DNA of 64,000 nt from Candidatus Aminicenantes bacterium (lineage in GTDB: Bacteria; Acidobacteriota; Aminicenantia; Aminicenantales; JAFGBC01): assembly GCA_963702005.1 (NCBI GenBank), contig OY969696.1:2208001-2272000 (forward strand). The letters run 5' to 3'. The notes beneath the pieces are model-generated. The model did not search any database, had not been told where the DNA came from, and saw only the letters and a list, made by a program, of their open reading frames with translations. Positions 19,247 to 29,661 of the stretch are shown here, piece by piece; the first letter of the stretch is position 1; the number at the start of each line of letters is the position of its first letter. Position numbers and translations under genes: made by a program.

Positions 19247-19660
19247 TCAGGCTCCCAGGAACCGCCGCCGGGCCTTGGCTTCCTCGGCCTCCATCCCCCG
19301 GAAGTGTTTGAATCCCAGCAGGTGAAGGAAGCCGTGGATGACGAGGATCCGCAGCTCCCGGTCCAAGCCGTGGCCTTTGGCGGCGGCTTGGACGGCGGCG
19401 CGGGGGACGGAGATGATGACATCGCCCAGGAAGTAGCGGCCGTCGGGTCCCCGCGTCCCGATCGGAAAGCTTAGGACATCGGTCGGCCTGTCCTTGCCCC
19501 GGAATTCGCGGTTGAGCTGCCGGATGCGCCGGTCGTCGACGAAGGCCAGGACGATATCGGGATCCTGAAGGCGGTAGCGGCGGACGAGCCCGGACACCAG
19601 GTCCCGGAAGGCTCGGACCCGGAGGCGGGCCTTGCGCTGAAGGTTAATGACTTCGATCAT
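19247..19660 (-). CDS. ybeY: rRNA maturation RNase YbeY
   Basis: 'PTDVLSFP', 'LGDVIIS', 'HGFLHLLGFKH'. Confidence 0.95.
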   Translation of the reverse strand: MIEVINLQRKARLRVRAFRDLVSGLVRRYRLQDPDIVLAFVDDRRIRQLNREFRGKDRPTDVLSFPIGTRGPDGRYFLGDVIISVPRAAVQAAAKGHGLDRELRILVIHGFLHLLGFKHFRGMEAEEAKARRRFLGA

Positions 19661-22001
19661 GGGCGTCGGGGGCTTTGGAGGGTTTCTTGTCCTTCTTGAT
19701 TTCGAACTCGAACCCGGGGTAGTGGACCCGGGGATGATAGATCGCGTAAAGGATGGACAGGAACGAGGCGGCGATGGACCGCAGCTCGCGGATCGCGAAG
19801 TCGCACTCGTCGAGCTGGCCGTCTTCGAGGTAGCTGGAGAAGATATCGGTGATGACCTTCTTGAGGCTTTCCCGGGAGGGGGATTTCAGGCTTCGCGAGG
19901 CGGCTTCGACGGAATCGGCCAAGAGGATGATCCCGGCTTCTTTGCTGCGCGGCCTCGGCCCCGGGTAGCGGTAATCCTCCTCGCCAACCTTTTGCATCTC
20001 GGGATCGTAGGTTTCCTTGGCCTTCTCGTAGAAGTAGCGGACGAGCGAGGTCCCATGATGCTGTTCGATGATCTCGCGGAGAGCGGTCGGCAGCCTGAGC
20101 TTCCGGGCCAGGTCGACGCCCTCCTTGACGTGGTTGATAATGACCAGGGTCGAGATGTTGGGGGACAGCTCGCGGTGCATGTCCGGATCGCGGGTCGTGT
20201 TCTCGATGTAGTAGTCGGGCATTTTGATCTTGCCGATGTCGTGGTAGAGGGAACCGGCCTTGACGAGCATCGGGTCGAGCCGGATCTCCTCGGCCGCCTT
20301 CTCGGCCAGGGTCGACACGACCAGGGAATGATGGTAGGAGCCGGGCGCTTCCATGGCCATCTCGCGGAAGATGGGGAGGTCGGAATTGGTGAGATCGAGG
20401 AGCTTGGTCTGGGTCGTCAGACGGAAGACGGTCTCGTAGATGGGGAGGAGGACGAAGGCGAGGCCCGCGCTCAGGGCGCCGCCGAGGAGGCCCATGCCGA
20501 CCTTAGCCCCGAGGATCTCCAATCCGGTCGGCGTGTCCCGGATGAGATGGATGGTCAGGGCGACGAAGGCGTTGACCGGAGCCAGGATGAACAGCCCCGC
20601 CCGCAGGATGGCCGTCCGTGTTCGCCGGCGGTAATACTTAATCCCGTATAGGGCGGCCAGCCCGCCGATGAAGCTGTAGACCATGAGGTAGTACTGGCCG
20701 CCGAACAGGTATCCGAGGACGAGGCTGTTGAGGATGGTAAAGGTCAGCGCGATCGGACCCGTATAGATAAAAGCGAACAGCAGGCTGCCCATCGCATAGG
20801 GTAGGCCGAACGACAGCGGGGGAAGGCTGCCGGCGACGTCCGCGGTCTGGAGCGGAGGAGAAGCCGCGCCCAGGAACGAGCCCAGCTTGGCGGCCAGGAG
20901 CCCGATGACGAGGGTCAGGCCCATCATCCGGAACGTCTCCAGGGCTTGGCCGAACCGCAGCTGGGACTTGAGATAATACCAGAGGCTCACGAACAGGAGC
21001 GCGAACAGGAACAGCGACCCGAGGAAGCTGATCAGCCAGCTCGGCTTGGTCTTGAGGCTTCGGTTGATGAGGGCGATCTGCTTGACCGTGTCGGCCGTCG
21101 CTTCGTCGCCCTTGCGAATGATGATTTTGCCTTTCTTGATGGTGTAGAAGACGGTCTCGACGCGGTTACGGGCCTGTTGCTTGCGGGCCTCGGTCTCGAC
21201 CCGGTGGAACGTGATGTTGGGCGAGAGAAAGGAATGCGCCAACCCGAGGAGGAGCGTCCTGTCCGATGAGGGAAGCGAGAGCTTGGCCGCATCCGCCGCG
21301 AGCTTGTCCTGGGCTTCCCGGACGTCGAGGATATCGCTCGTCCTGAGGACTCTCTCCGGCTGGTTTTGGATGAGGGCCAGACCGAGTTCCATCTCCCCGT
21401 GGCTGAACAGGTTTTTATTGAGGATGATTCCCTGGTCGAAGACCGTCTGGAGCAGGCTGAGCAGGGATTCTTCCAGGACGGGGGCGAAGGCCTTTCGGAT
21501 CAAGGCTCCCCATTCGGCCGCGCCGGACTCGATCCCGAACCGTTCAAACGCCAGGGCGGCGAAATCGGAAGACCGGCGCTTCGCGGCCGGGACGGCGGCG
21601 ATCCAATCGCGGCCCGCGCCGAAGACCCCCCGGATTTTTTCCTCAAGGTTGAGGGCCGCGTTGACGTCCAGGACCCAGACGGGCAGGACGGTTTCCTCGG
21701 CTTCCTTACGCCGTTTCGCCGTCGTTTCCAGGTCATCGACGGTCAAGTCCGCGGGCGCGACGATGTCGCTCGGGGCGATGTCGCCGACCTTCGGCTCGGG
21801 CAGCGCCTTGGAGGGGAGATAGGAAATGAGCCAGCCCAGGATGAGGACGAAGGCCGCCAGGTAGAGGCCCGGCATACGGAGAAACCTCCGCTGCCAGGGC
21901 TCGGGCGCTCCGTTGACGGACGGGCCGGCGCCGTTTTTCTTCTTCGGCGGGAACTTGGATCCCAGAAACAGCTTGATGCCCTTGAATGAAATGGGATCCA
22001 T
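19644..22001 (-). CDS. 7TM-HD (HDIG) phosphohydrolase, PgpH-like
   Basis: 7TMR-HDED extracellular domain, 7 TM helices, 'APGSYHHS', 'YHDIGK', 'QHHGT', 'LADSVEAA'. Confidence 0.9.
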   Translation of the reverse strand: MDPISFKGIKLFLGSKFPPKKKNGAGPSVNGAPEPWQRRFLRMPGLYLAAFVLILGWLISYLPSKALPEPKVGDIAPSDIVAPADLTVDDLETTAKRRKEAEETVLPVWVLDVNAALNLEEKIRGVFGAGRDWIAAVPAAKRRSSDFAALAFERFGIESGAAEWGALIRKAFAPVLEESLLSLLQTVFDQGIILNKNLFSHGEMELGLALIQNQPERVLRTSDILDVREAQDKLAADAAKLSLPSSDRTLLLGLAHSFLSPNITFHRVETEARKQQARNRVETVFYTIKKGKIIIRKGDEATADTVKQIALINRSLKTKPSWLISFLGSLFLFALLFVSLWYYLKSQLRFGQALETFRMMGLTLVIGLLAAKLGSFLGAASPPLQTADVAGSLPPLSFGLPYAMGSLLFAFIYTGPIALTFTILNSLVLGYLFGGQYYLMVYSFIGGLAALYGIKYYRRRTRTAILRAGLFILAPVNAFVALTIHLIRDTPTGLEILGAKVGMGLLGGALSAGLAFVLLPIYETVFRLTTQTKLLDLTNSDLPIFREMAMEAPGSYHHSLVVSTLAEKAAEEIRLDPMLVKAGSLYHDIGKIKMPDYYIENTTRDPDMHRELSPNISTLVIINHVKEGVDLARKLRLPTALREIIEQHHGTSLVRYFYEKAKETYDPEMQKVGEEDYRYPGPRPRSKEAGIILLADSVEAASRSLKSPSRESLKKVITDIFSSYLEDGQLDECDFAIRELRSIAASFLSILYAIYHPRVHYPGFEFEIKKDKKPSKAPDAHDRSH

Positions 22002-22006
22002 GGTCG

Positions 22007-22963
22007 TCAGGAGGACTTGGCGGGCCGGGCGCCGGCTTTGTCGTAGGCGAGGATGATTTTCTGGACGAGGGGATGGCGGACGACGTCCTTTTCGTTGAAA
22101 TAGACGAAGGCGATCTCGGGGATCGCCGACAGGATTTTGATCGCCTCGAGAACGCCCGATTGTTTGGGCTGGGGGAGGTCGATCTGGGTGATGTCCGCGG
22201 TGACGACAAGCTTGGAATCGAACCCGGGCCGGGTAAGGACCATCTTCATCTGCTCCCGGGTCGTGTTCTGGGCCTCGTCGACGATGATGAACGCGCCGTT
22301 GAGCGTCCGGCCCCGCATGAAGGCGAGCGGGGCGATCTCGATGACGCCCTTCTCGATCAGGCGGCTGGCCTGATCGTACTGGGAGAGGTCGAACAGGGCG
22401 TCGTAGAGGGGGCGAAGGTAGGGGTTGATTTTTTGGGCCAGGTCGCCGGGCAGAAAGCCGAGCCGCTCGCCGGCCTCGACGGCGGGCCGGGTCAGGATGA
22501 TCCGGTGGACGGCCTTGTTCTGGAGGAAGGACAGGGCCATGGCCATGGCCAGATAGGTCTTGCCCGTGCCGGCCGGCCCGATCCCGAACACCAGGTCGCA
22601 GGTCTTAATGGCCTGCATGAACTCCTGCTGGTTGAGGCTCTTGGGGGCGACCGACTTGCGGGACAGGTTCAGGGCTTCGGCCGGGAAATAGTCCTCGAGC
22701 GTCCGCGAGGAATCCTCCTCGAGCAGGTCGAGGGCGATCCGGAAATCTTCCTCCTTGAGATGGTGGCCTTTTTCGGCGAGCTCGGCCATGCGCTTGAAGA
22801 AATAGAGGGCGAACTCGATCCGCGGCTTGTCGCCGTCGATGATCAGGTCGTCTCCGCGCAGGGCGAGCCGGACGGCCAGGCGTTCTTCCAGCCTGCGCAG
22901 GTTCCGGTCCAGAATTCCGGACAGAGAGTTATTCCCGAGAAAGGGGGAGCTGATTTTTTCCAT
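22007..22963 (-). CDS. phoH: PhoH-family ATPase
   Basis: GPAGTGKT, 'LTRPAVEAGERLGFLPGD', 'DEAQN'. Confidence 0.95.
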   Translation of the reverse strand: MEKISSPFLGNNSLSGILDRNLRRLEERLAVRLALRGDDLIIDGDKPRIEFALYFFKRMAELAEKGHHLKEEDFRIALDLLEEDSSRTLEDYFPAEALNLSRKSVAPKSLNQQEFMQAIKTCDLVFGIGPAGTGKTYLAMAMALSFLQNKAVHRIILTRPAVEAGERLGFLPGDLAQKINPYLRPLYDALFDLSQYDQASRLIEKGVIEIAPLAFMRGRTLNGAFIIVDEAQNTTREQMKMVLTRPGFDSKLVVTADITQIDLPQPKQSGVLEAIKILSAIPEIAFVYFNEKDVVRHPLVQKIILAYDKAGARPAKSS

Positions 22964-23071
22964 ATCAGGCAGGAGGCTGCGGGTCTTCGCTCATAGCGTA
23001 TCCAGGGACCACAGATTATACTCCCTTCAGGGCGGGCTTTGTCAAGGTCCCTGACTGTTGTCGGGCTTCGC

Positions 23072-24829
23072 CTAAAGCTGAAGGCTGATGACTTCGAGAT
23101 AATCCTTAATATCAACGGTTAGATTCGTGCCGGATAATGTGCGGGTTTTGCGATCGAGCTCATAGATTTTGGCGGACAGGGAGGAATCGGACTTGAGACT
23201 GATCCGACCGTCAATCGAGGGAGAGAACGCGAAGAGATAGAAACGGCGGGAATCGTCCCGGTCCACGTAGTACTCGATCATGGTGCCGGTGGGAGCCTTC
23301 AGCGTAAAGGGCATTTCGGATTTTAGCGATGGTAGAGGAATCACCCGAGGGAATTTCAGCGGCTTGGCCCGCGGTTGGTGCCACTGATCCCGTGTCCCAT
23401 TGTTCCCGACGAGAACGACCGGGTGACTTGATAGAAGCTTGAATTCGGCGTCCGTCATCGACTCGACACCAGGTAATACGATCGGCCCCACGTCTTGCAG
23501 CGCGGCGGTCGTCAGAGTTTCAAGCGGGGCGATCTTGAACGGAAGGTGGCCCTCTTCCAGCGTCTCGAAAGCCTCCGTGTACAGGTCAAATGTTCTTTCA
23601 TCCTTGAAGCTGAAGTCTTTGTTGCGAGCCGAATAGATAAGCGCAATCTCCTGGTAGGGGACGCGGCGGCTTAAAACCGGACGACGCAAGCCGTCGAGGA
23701 ACTTGAACGCGTTGGCCGGATAGGGCGAATCGGCGGTCGGGTAATAATTACCGGACTGACACACGGCCGCGGCGAATTCCTTGCGCGCAGCTGTCTTTGA
23801 TTCGGGCCATCCCAGATACAGGATCGGCTGCTTTTGCTGAATATCCCGAGCAAATTTGGCCATGCGAAAAGCGGTCCGGTAGTCTCCCCCGGGCTCAATC
23901 TCGGGCGAGGCGGCGATCCCGGACATGACCGAAAGCGCCGGTTCGTTACCCAACAGAGTCCCGTCACAGGTGTCGTTCGCGGAAGATTCGAAGAAGGGGA
24001 CGATACCGTAGGCTCGCGCCGTATCAGCCAGATCCTGCAAGTACTCCTGTACGGCTTGGTGGCGGAAATAAACGAACTTTCGCCACGCTGTCGATTCCCA
24101 GTTGACAGTCGTCGGAACACTCAAGCCGTACTGACTCTTGAAGGCGCTCGCAAAGCCGGCGTCGCTGGATGCCCATTTGTCACCGAGATTTTGCATGCCG
24201 GGAAGCGAAGCCTGGTCGATATATACCGCATCGAGTTCCTTGAGGCCGAGCCGTTTGATTCGATCCTTGAACAAATCGCGAAAGCCGGAGTAGGGAGATG
24301 CCCAGGCGTCCTCCATGTCTTTCTTGACCCAGTCGGCCTCGATATTGGTCCAGACCATCGGCTTTCCCGCGATGTCTCTCTGTATCCATTCAGGATGGTT
24401 GCGATAGAGCGTGGGCACAGCCGGATTTTTATAAGCTCCATGAGCCATGACCTCAAGACCGTTGAGATAGCAAATCACCTTGAGCTTCCGGAGATGAGCT
24501 TGTTCTATAAGATACCCAATCTTCTGGAGAATGCCGGAAAAACCCGACTCATCGACAAAAGTCCGGTACATCTGCTCCTCTTCGATGTAAAAAATCACCG
24601 TGTTAGCGCCGTGGTTCACGGCGACGGTAAGATTCCGGCTAATTTGCCCCAGAGATGTACCGGGATAAAGAATGTCAAAAGGCCACACGTTCATCGCATA
24701 AGTCCAAGCGGGGAACTTGTCAGCGGCAACCCGCCCAAGCTCTGAGGAGGCGGCTGGAGAGCGCTCGAGCCAGCCGATCAAGCAGGCCGAGCATGCTGCC
24801 AGGAAGCCGAAAAACCGCAGGTTTTTAAT
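23072..24829 (-). CDS. Secreted TIM-barrel glycoside hydrolase-like protein with GATase-like trimerisation domain
   Basis: Signal peptide, 'HPEWIQRD', 'AVYIDQ', C-terminal 'IALIYS...IVLPG'. Lower GC than flanks. Start uncertain (ATT at 24829 follows an SD). Confidence 0.55.
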   Translation of the reverse strand: MKNLRFFGFLAACSACLIGWLERSPAASSELGRVAADKFPAWTYAMNVWPFDILYPGTSLGQISRNLTVAVNHGANTVIFYIEEEQMYRTFVDESGFSGILQKIGYLIEQAHLRKLKVICYLNGLEVMAHGAYKNPAVPTLYRNHPEWIQRDIAGKPMVWTNIEADWVKKDMEDAWASPYSGFRDLFKDRIKRLGLKELDAVYIDQASLPGMQNLGDKWASSDAGFASAFKSQYGLSVPTTVNWESTAWRKFVYFRHQAVQEYLQDLADTARAYGIVPFFESSANDTCDGTLLGNEPALSVMSGIAASPEIEPGGDYRTAFRMAKFARDIQQKQPILYLGWPESKTAARKEFAAAVCQSGNYYPTADSPYPANAFKFLDGLRRPVLSRRVPYQEIALIYSARNKDFSFKDERTFDLYTEAFETLEEGHLPFKIAPLETLTTAALQDVGPIVLPGVESMTDAEFKLLSSHPVVLVGNNGTRDQWHQPRAKPLKFPRVIPLPSLKSEMPFTLKAPTGTMIEYYVDRDDSRRFYLFAFSPSIDGRISLKSDSSLSAKIYELDRKTRTLSGTNLTVDIKDYLEVISLQL

Positions 24830-24879
24830 GGGATTGTCCTCTCGCCAGGGATGATAGAGCGCCGGTGGCCGGGCTGTCA

Positions 24880-25096
24880 AGTCGAGGTCCTTTATCCTAA
24901 TCCGGGGGACTCCCGCCAGCCTCTGGGCCGGGACGAACAAAGGCGTATTCAGATCCGTCGAGGGGGGGCGAAATGGCAGAGTGTCGGCAGAGGCCTGCCC
25001 GTCGATTCCATCATTTATGCGCTGGCCTATGAAAGCGCAAAGAGGCCCGTCTATGCCGGCGGGAATAACGGCGTTTTCTGGATATCCTGGCCGTAG
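24880..25096 (+). pseudogene. C-terminal remnant of a BNR/Asp-box beta-propeller protein
   Basis: Frameshifted reading 'LWAGTNKGVFRSVE-GG-AKWQSVGRGLP...VYAGGNNGVFWI*'. Confidence 0.55.
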
Positions 25097-25310
25097 AGTC
25101 CAAAGGGCGTTGGGCCCGTTCTCACCGTTTTTGCTCGGACCTTGGCAGGATTTTTCCTTTCCTGCTGCGTGTCCGGGTTTTCAAGCCCTAACAATGTCGC
25201 GAAAACCGCTTGAAAAAAAAGCCCGTCTGGTATATAAAAAGGTTTAATTTTAGGAGGGCTTTGCCCGCCCGGATAAGGCCGGGAACGCTCCTCGGCCCGA
25301 AAAAGGAGAA

Positions 25311-25529
25311 ATGATGGACAAGGAATTCATGACGGTCTCGATCCCGACCTCCCTCTTTAAAAAGATCGAGGAGGCCATCAAGGGGACCGAAGTCGGCTCG
25401 GTGGCGAATTACGTGACGAAGGTCCTCAGGGAAAGCCTGTCCAAGGGGGAGGCCGCGCCCGAGGTCTTCAGCAAAGAGGATGAGGAGAAAGTCAAGGAAC
25501 GGCTCAAAGCCCTCGGCTATATCGACTGA
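25311..25529 (+). CDS. CopG/ribbon-helix-helix-like small protein
   Basis: 'TVSIPTSLFKKIEE...SVANYVTKVLRE'; C-terminal 'EEKVKERLKALGYID'; SD AAGGAG. Confidence 0.75.
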   Translation: MMDKEFMTVSIPTSLFKKIEEAIKGTEVGSVANYVTKVLRESLSKGEAAPEVFSKEDEEKVKERLKALGYID

Positions 25530-25571
25530 GAATCCAGCTCGACGACGATCCGATCAAGGAGACACACTCAT

Positions 25572-26720
25572 ATGATACAACCTCACGGCGGCAAGCTGGT
25601 GGACCGGGTGCTCCGCGGTTCCCAGAAGGAGGAAGTCCTGGAGCGTGCCAAGACCCTTCCCAAGATCGTTCTCGACGCCGAATCCGTCTCGGACGTCGAG
25701 AATATCGCCAACGGCGTTTACAGCCCCCTCGAAGGCTTTCTGGGCAAAGCCGATTTCCGGAACGTCCTCAACCAGATGCGGCTGGCCAATGATCTCCCCT
25801 GGACCGTTCCCATCGTTCTCGACGTCAGCCGGGAGGAAGCGGCCAAGTTCAAGGTCGGCGGCGGGATTCTCCTCGTCAACGAAGGCGGCCGGCCCGTCGC
25901 CGTCCTGACCCTCGAGGAGGTCTATGACTACGACCGGGAGGAAATGGCCGAGAAGGTCTTCCAAACCCTCGACCGGGCCCACCCCGGCGTCGCCAAGGTC
26001 ATGGCCATGAAGGACATCCTGCTGGCCGGCAAGATCGACCTCATCCAGGAATCGCCGACTCCGTTCGATCGCTATAAGCTCAGCCCCAAGGAGACGCGGA
26101 TCCTCTTCAAGGAAAAGGGCTGGCGAACCGTGGTCGGATTCCAGACACGGAACACCCCCCACAACGGCCACGAGTACGTCCAGAAAGCGGCCCTGACCTT
26201 CACCGACGGCATCTTCATCAACCCCGTCATCGGTAAGAAGAAAAAGGGCGACTTCAAGGACGAGGTCATCCTAGCCTCCTACGAGGAGCTCATCCGGCAC
26301 TATTACCTCAAAGAGCGGGCCGTCATGGCCATTCTCCAGATGGAGATGCGCTACGCGGGGCCGCGCGAGGCCATCCACCATGCCGTCATCCGCAAGAATT
26401 TCGGCTGCACCCATATCATCATCGGCCGCGACCACGCCGGCGTCGGCAGCTACTACGGCCCCTACGCCGCCCAGGACATCTTCGAGGAGTTCCCCGACCT
26501 GGGAATCGCGCCCCTCTTCTTCCGGGCCTTCTACTTCTGCAAGAAGTGCCGGTCGGTCGTCAACGAAAAGATCTGTCCCCACCCGCCCGCCGACCAGATC
26601 CAGTACAGTGGGACTAAGATCCGGGACATGCTCGTCAAGGGCGAAATCCCGCCCCCCGAGCTGATGCGGCCCGAGGTGGCCAAGATCATCATGGCCTTCA
26701 AGGAACCCTTTAATGACTGA
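25572..26720 (+). CDS. sat: Sulfate adenylyltransferase
   Basis: 'PHGGKLV', 'FQTRNTPHNGHE', 'MRYAGPREA', 'IIGRDHAG', 'SGTKIR'. Confidence 0.95.
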   Translation: MIQPHGGKLVDRVLRGSQKEEVLERAKTLPKIVLDAESVSDVENIANGVYSPLEGFLGKADFRNVLNQMRLANDLPWTVPIVLDVSREEAAKFKVGGGILLVNEGGRPVAVLTLEEVYDYDREEMAEKVFQTLDRAHPGVAKVMAMKDILLAGKIDLIQESPTPFDRYKLSPKETRILFKEKGWRTVVGFQTRNTPHNGHEYVQKAALTFTDGIFINPVIGKKKKGDFKDEVILASYEELIRHYYLKERAVMAILQMEMRYAGPREAIHHAVIRKNFGCTHIIIGRDHAGVGSYYGPYAAQDIFEEFPDLGIAPLFFRAFYFCKKCRSVVNEKICPHPPADQIQYSGTKIRDMLVKGEIPPPELMRPEVAKIIMAFKEPFND

Positions 26721-28095
26721 GCGGAGAAAGATCCTCGTCGTCGGGCTCGATTGCGCGACTCCCGAAATCGTCTTCGGCCGGAGCGGGGAACTCCCCGTCC
26801 TCAAGCGGCTGATCGAAGCCGGAGTCCACGGAACTCTGCGCAGCTCGGACCCACCGATCACGATCCCGGCTTGGATGGTCATGGCGACCGGGAAGGACCC
26901 GGGCCGGCTCGGCCTCTATGGGTTCCGGCATCGCAGGGGATCTTCTTACGACAAGATGTGGATCGCCAATTCCCTGGCCGTTAAGGAAAAGACCGTTTGG
27001 GACATCCTGGGCGACCAGGGCGGGCAGAGCACACTCGTCAGCATCCCGCCCAGCTTCCCGCCCAAGCCGGTCGCCGGGAACCTCATTTCCTGCTTCATCA
27101 CGCCGCCCGCCAAGTCCAAGGAGTCGACCTACCCGGCCTCCCTGTACCAGGAGATCGAGGACCGCTTCGGGCCCTACCTGTTCGACGTCGTCTTCCGGAC
27201 CGAGAACCGGGACCAGATCCTGGCCGAGATCTACAAGATGACCGACAAGCGGTTCGAGATCATGGAGTACCTCCTCGAGACCAAGCCCTGGAACCTGTTC
27301 TGGTTCGTCGAGATCGGCGTCGACCGCGTCCACCACGCCTTCTGGAAATACGCGGACCCCGCCCACCATCTCTACGAGCCGGGCAACCGCTACCAAAACG
27401 TCATTATCGATTACTACAAGCACCTCGACCAGAAGCTCGGCCGCTTTCTGGAAAAGGCGGGCAAGGACACCGTCGTCCTGGTCGTCTCCGACCACGGCGC
27501 CAAACGGATGAAAGGCTGCTTCTGCGTCAACGAATGGCTCATCGAGCAGGGCGACCTGGTCGTCAAGGAAAAACCGGATAAGGTCGTCAGCATCGACGAC
27601 CTTAAAATCGACTGGGCCAAGACCCGGGCTTGGGGCTGGGGCGGCTATTACGCGCGTCTCTTCCTCAACGTGGAGGGGCGCGAGCCGCAGGGTATCATCC
27701 CGGCCGAGGATTACGAGAAGGTCCGCGACGAATTCAAGGCGCGCTTGCTGGCCCTGCGCGGCCCGAACGGCGAGGAATGGAAGACAAAGGTCATCAAACC
27801 CCAGGAATATTACGAAGAAGCCAACGGCGAATACCCGGACCTCATGGTCTATTTCGACGACCTGTACTGGCGGTCGGCCGGGACCCTCGGCTACGGAACC
27901 CTCTTCCTCCCCGAAAACGACACCGGGCCCGACGACGCCGTTCACGCCCAGGAGGGGATCTATATCCTCTGCGATCCCCGCTCCAAGGCCGGAGGCCGGA
28001 AGGACGGTTCCATCCTCGACATCGCTCCGACGATTCTGACGTCCCTGGGGATTCCGGTACCCAAAGACATGAAGGGCCGAGCCCTCGGATCATAA
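26713..28095 (+). CDS. Alkaline phosphatase superfamily / type I phosphodiesterase protein
   Basis: 'VVGLDCA', 'PPITIPAW..MATGK', 'DRVHH', 'VSDHG', 'DIAPTIL'. Confidence 0.9.
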   Translation: MTERRKILVVGLDCATPEIVFGRSGELPVLKRLIEAGVHGTLRSSDPPITIPAWMVMATGKDPGRLGLYGFRHRRGSSYDKMWIANSLAVKEKTVWDILGDQGGQSTLVSIPPSFPPKPVAGNLISCFITPPAKSKESTYPASLYQEIEDRFGPYLFDVVFRTENRDQILAEIYKMTDKRFEIMEYLLETKPWNLFWFVEIGVDRVHHAFWKYADPAHHLYEPGNRYQNVIIDYYKHLDQKLGRFLEKAGKDTVVLVVSDHGAKRMKGCFCVNEWLIEQGDLVVKEKPDKVVSIDDLKIDWAKTRAWGWGGYYARLFLNVEGREPQGIIPAEDYEKVRDEFKARLLALRGPNGEEWKTKVIKPQEYYEEANGEYPDLMVYFDDLYWRSAGTLGYGTLFLPENDTGPDDAVHAQEGIYILCDPRSKAGGRKDGSILDIAPTILTSLGIPVPKDMKGRALGS

Positions 28096-28131
28096 ACAGA
28101 CTTCGAACAACACGAAAGGAGTGCCGTTGCG

Positions 28132-28677
28132 ATGAGTAAGACCTGCTGCCCCGACCGTAAAGGAGTCACCCTCTGGTTCACTGGGCTGCCCTGCTCGGGA
28201 AAGTCGGCCGTCGCCGACCGCGTCGCGGACATCCTCAAGAGCAAGGGATTATACGCGGAGCGCCTGGACGGAGATAACGTCCGCCAGGAGCTGACCCGGG
28301 ACCTTGGTTTCTCCAAGAAAGACCGGGATGAGAACATCCGCCGGGTCAGCTTCGTGGCCAAACTGCTGACCCGGAACGGCGTCTTCGTCCTGACCTCATT
28401 CATCTCGCCCTACAAAGAGATGAGGGCCCACGCCCGGACCCAGATCGGAAGCTTCCTCGAGGTCTACGTCAAGTGCCCGGTCGACGTCTGTATCGAGCGC
28501 GACGTCAAGGGCATGTACAAGAAGGCGATGAGGGGCGAGATCAAGGAATTCACCGGCGTTTCCGACCCCTACGAAGAGCCCGAGAAGCCCGAGCTCGTCC
28601 TGGAAACGGACAAGGAAACGCTCGAGGAGAGCGCCGGGAGGGTTTTGGCCAAGCTCGAGCAACTCGGCTTTATTTAA
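28132..28677 (+). CDS. cysC: Adenylyl-sulfate kinase
   Basis: 'WFTGLPCSGKS', 'LDGDNVR', 'RDVKGMYKKA', 'FTGVSDPYE'. Confidence 0.95.
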   Translation: MSKTCCPDRKGVTLWFTGLPCSGKSAVADRVADILKSKGLYAERLDGDNVRQELTRDLGFSKKDRDENIRRVSFVAKLLTRNGVFVLTSFISPYKEMRAHARTQIGSFLEVYVKCPVDVCIERDVKGMYKKAMRGEIKEFTGVSDPYEEPEKPELVLETDKETLEESAGRVLAKLEQLGFI

Positions 28678-28704
28678 TGATAAGATTTGGAATAAGATGA
28701 GAAT

Positions 28705-29661
28705 ATGACGGCGTACCTGGTGACGGGGGGAGCGGGCTTCATCGGAAGCCACCTGGTCGAGGAGCTCCTGCGGCGCAACGCCCGGGTCCGGGTCCTCGAT
28801 AATTTCCTGACGGGACGCAAGGAGAACCTTGCGGAATTCCGCAAAGACGTCGAGGTCGTCAAGGGCGACATCCGCGAGCCGTCCGCCTGCCGCCGGGCCC
28901 TCCGCGGCGTGGACCACGTCCTCCACCAGGCGGCGCTGCCTTCGGTCCCCCGCTCGGTCCAGGACCCCCGCCTGACCAACGACATCAACATCACCGGGAC
29001 CCTCAACATGCTCGTGGCGGCCCGGGACGCCGGCGTCCGGAGCTTCGTATTCGCCTCGTCCTCGTCCGTCTACGGGGACGACCCGAACCTGCCCAAGCGG
29101 GAAGGGAGCGAGGGCAAACCCCTGTCTCCCTACGCCGTCTCGAAGCTTGTCGGCGAGAAGTACTGCCGGGTCTTCCGGGATCTCTACGGTCTCAACGCGG
29201 TCGCACTCCGCTATTTCAACATCTTCGGCGCCCGCCAGGACCCGACTTCCCAGTACGCGGCGGTCGTCCCCAATTTCATCACCCGGCTCCTGCGCGGGGA
29301 GCGTCCGATCATCTACGGAGACGGCGAACAGTCGCGGGATTTCACCTATGTCGCCAACGTCGTCGAGGCCAACCTGCTGGCGGCCGCGGCGTCCGGAGTC
29401 GGCGGCGAGGTTTTCAACATCGCCTGCGCGGACCGGATCACGATCAACGGCCTGGCCAGGACGCTCAACGCGATCCTGGGGACCGGCCTTCCCTCCCTCC
29501 ATGAGCCGGCCCGGCCGGGCGACATCCTCCACTCGTTCGCCGACATCGCCAAGGCCGAGGCCGGACTGTCCTATCGGCCCTCGGTGGCCTTCGAGGACGG
29601 TCTGCGGCGGACCGTCGACTGGTATCGATCAAGGAGTTCGACATGGGGCAAGAAGCGCTGA
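28705..29661 (+). CDS. NAD-dependent epimerase (UDP-GlcNAc/Glc 4-epimerase, WbpP-like)
   Basis: GGAGFIG, 'SSSSVYG', 'SPYAVSK', 'LRYFNIFG'. Confidence 0.9.
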   Translation: MTAYLVTGGAGFIGSHLVEELLRRNARVRVLDNFLTGRKENLAEFRKDVEVVKGDIREPSACRRALRGVDHVLHQAALPSVPRSVQDPRLTNDINITGTLNMLVAARDAGVRSFVFASSSSVYGDDPNLPKREGSEGKPLSPYAVSKLVGEKYCRVFRDLYGLNAVALRYFNIFGARQDPTSQYAAVVPNFITRLLRGERPIIYGDGEQSRDFTYVANVVEANLLAAAASGVGGEVFNIACADRITINGLARTLNAILGTGLPSLHEPARPGDILHSFADIAKAEAGLSYRPSVAFEDGLRRTVDWYRSRSSTWGKKR

